Below are positions 19,614 to 20,935 of a stretch of DNA of 20,935 bases, one piece after another (position 1 is the first letter of the stretch; the number at the start of each line of letters is the position of its first letter). Source of the stretch: Azolla caroliniana (taxonomy: Eukaryota > Plantae > Polypodiophyta). The translations under genes and the position numbers were made by a program. Below the pieces are notes generated by a model that was not told the origin of the DNA, did not search any database, and was given only the letters and a program-made list of their open reading frames with translations. The stretch covers positions 1 to 20,935 of the forward strand of contig JBHGNT010000553.1 of the NCBI GenBank assembly GCA_043228905.1, in the 5' to 3' direction.

Positions 19614-20654
19614 AGGGTGGCGAATGCCAATTCAAGCGAAGACAAATGTTTCGAAACACGCATCATGTCTGAAACATCAAAGCTGGCATGATCAAGGGAG
19701 ATAAAAAAGTGTGAGGCCGACATGATTGAGGAGATAGCCACGAAAAACGACATCGAGTCAGAGGTGTCTATGGACGAGTCAATGGCGGATGGCCGTGTCA
19801 AGACTTTCTCCACACTTGTTCTAGATTCTTGGGGCAGATACGTCGGAAAGCAAATGTGAGACCCAACAGATGGAAGGTGGCGACAAGGAAGTGAAGACCG
19901 AAGCTAACACATGCGAAGAAGAGGGAGACGTCAAGATGAAGAGGGTAGACGATGATCATGAAGAAACTTTCCCCACAAAAGTTCTTGAGACTTGGGCATT
20001 AACTGATGTAAGATCCAAGAGCTGGAAGATGGCGGCAAAGAAACAAAAGCCAAAGCCAATGTGGACAACCATAAGGTCGAAGCGGCTAAGGGTAGCATGA
20101 CAAAGACAAACTATGAAAGCGTATGGATCCCTCCACACTCGTTCGAGAGACTTGGGCATTAACCGATGTAAGAACCAAGAGAAGGACGGTGGCGATGAGG
20201 AAGCAAGGGTTGAAACTAGTGCGTGCAACAAGTCATGGTCAACTCCAAAGTATACCACGAAAGTAGAAAAAGTGAGAAGCATGAAGTGTATTCACTTAAG
20301 GACCTCGAGATGAGCATGCAGTTGAAGAATGAACCACTAAGAGTACTCAACAATAGTATTTCGATAAGGCCTTTGAAAGGCATGCATGGAACAAGAAAGG
20401 ATGATAAAAGAAAGTTAGATGACCAAGGAGATGGTCGAGATGAAGGTGGCACATGCACAAAGCATGAAGCATTATGCTCTACAAGAGAAAAGGGAGCCAT
20501 GGCAACCAGCCACGGAAATGCAAAGAGTGAGCGAAGAATATGGTGGTTTGGATGGCAACGGCAGTTCAGGTATAAAGAAGAAACATCGATGAAGTAGAAT
20601 AATCAAAAGAGGAACCTCACTACAATTGGCACATGTTGGTGGATGTGCAGGTTT

Positions 20655-20666
20655 GGTGGGGGTGAA
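20655..20666 (+). promoter_or_regulatory. Polypurine tract of G3
   Basis: GGTGGGGGTGAA immediately before the 3' LTR TGTCATG. Confidence 0.8.
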
Positions 20667-20935
20667 TGTCATGTGGTTTTTCACACACGATATGAAAACT
20701 ATGTAAAAAAAATAATGAAATAATTATTTTAGATTTGATTAGAGACTTGATATGGAAAGATGGATGTACTCAAGAGCTTCAAAACACATTTTACTACATA
20801 TAAAATAGACAACTACATATCAAGTTATGTGGACATGAAGTTTGAGAAGATAAGGAAAATAGAATTTTGAAATATCCCACATAGATAGGAAACTTTAGGA
20901 GCCAGCTATATAAGCAGATTGAGAACCATCAATTT
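20667..20935 (+). repeat. G3 3' LTR (partial)
   Basis: About 95% identical to 17409-17677. Confidence 0.95.

Larger units (their letters stand above)
17409..20935 (+). mobile_element. G3: non-autonomous gypsy-like LTR element (gag-only, TR-GAG/LARD-like); 3' LTR runs off the window
   Basis: 5' LTR 17409-18887, PBS, 1779-bp interior without PR/RT/RH/INT motifs, PPT, 3' LTR from 20667. Confidence 0.9.

Overview
Gene-free plant heterochromatin made almost entirely of nested transposons; no host gene, RNA gene or CRISPR array is supported. Left half: a full-length but inactivated Tnt1/Tto1-like (Tork-type) Ty1/copia element (1535-6928, minus; LTRs about 97.5% identical; TSD ATATT) splits a decayed ~930-codon plus-strand ORF. 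That ORF belongs to an LTR element whose LTR (8524-8957) and tRNA-Arg-like PBS (8505-8521) face the opposite way, so an antisense ORF sits directly behind the PBS with no gag-pol. This is the most unusual structure in the window. Middle: a copia RNase H remnant, a LINE ORF2 fragment, (AG)22, and an LTR remnant carrying a 693-bp hAT-type MITE with an 8-bp TSD. Right half: a four-level nest of a tRNA-Trp-primed gypsy-like element, a Tork-like copia, a second copia (with a solo LTR in its LTR, two PPT-like motifs and a possible RNase H C-terminal extension), and a non-autonomous tRNA-Trp-primed element with only a truncated gag. Premature stops are overwhelmingly consistent with C-to-T changes in CG/CHG contexts. 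All alignments and counts were done by eye; family assignments rest on recalled motifs, not database searches.
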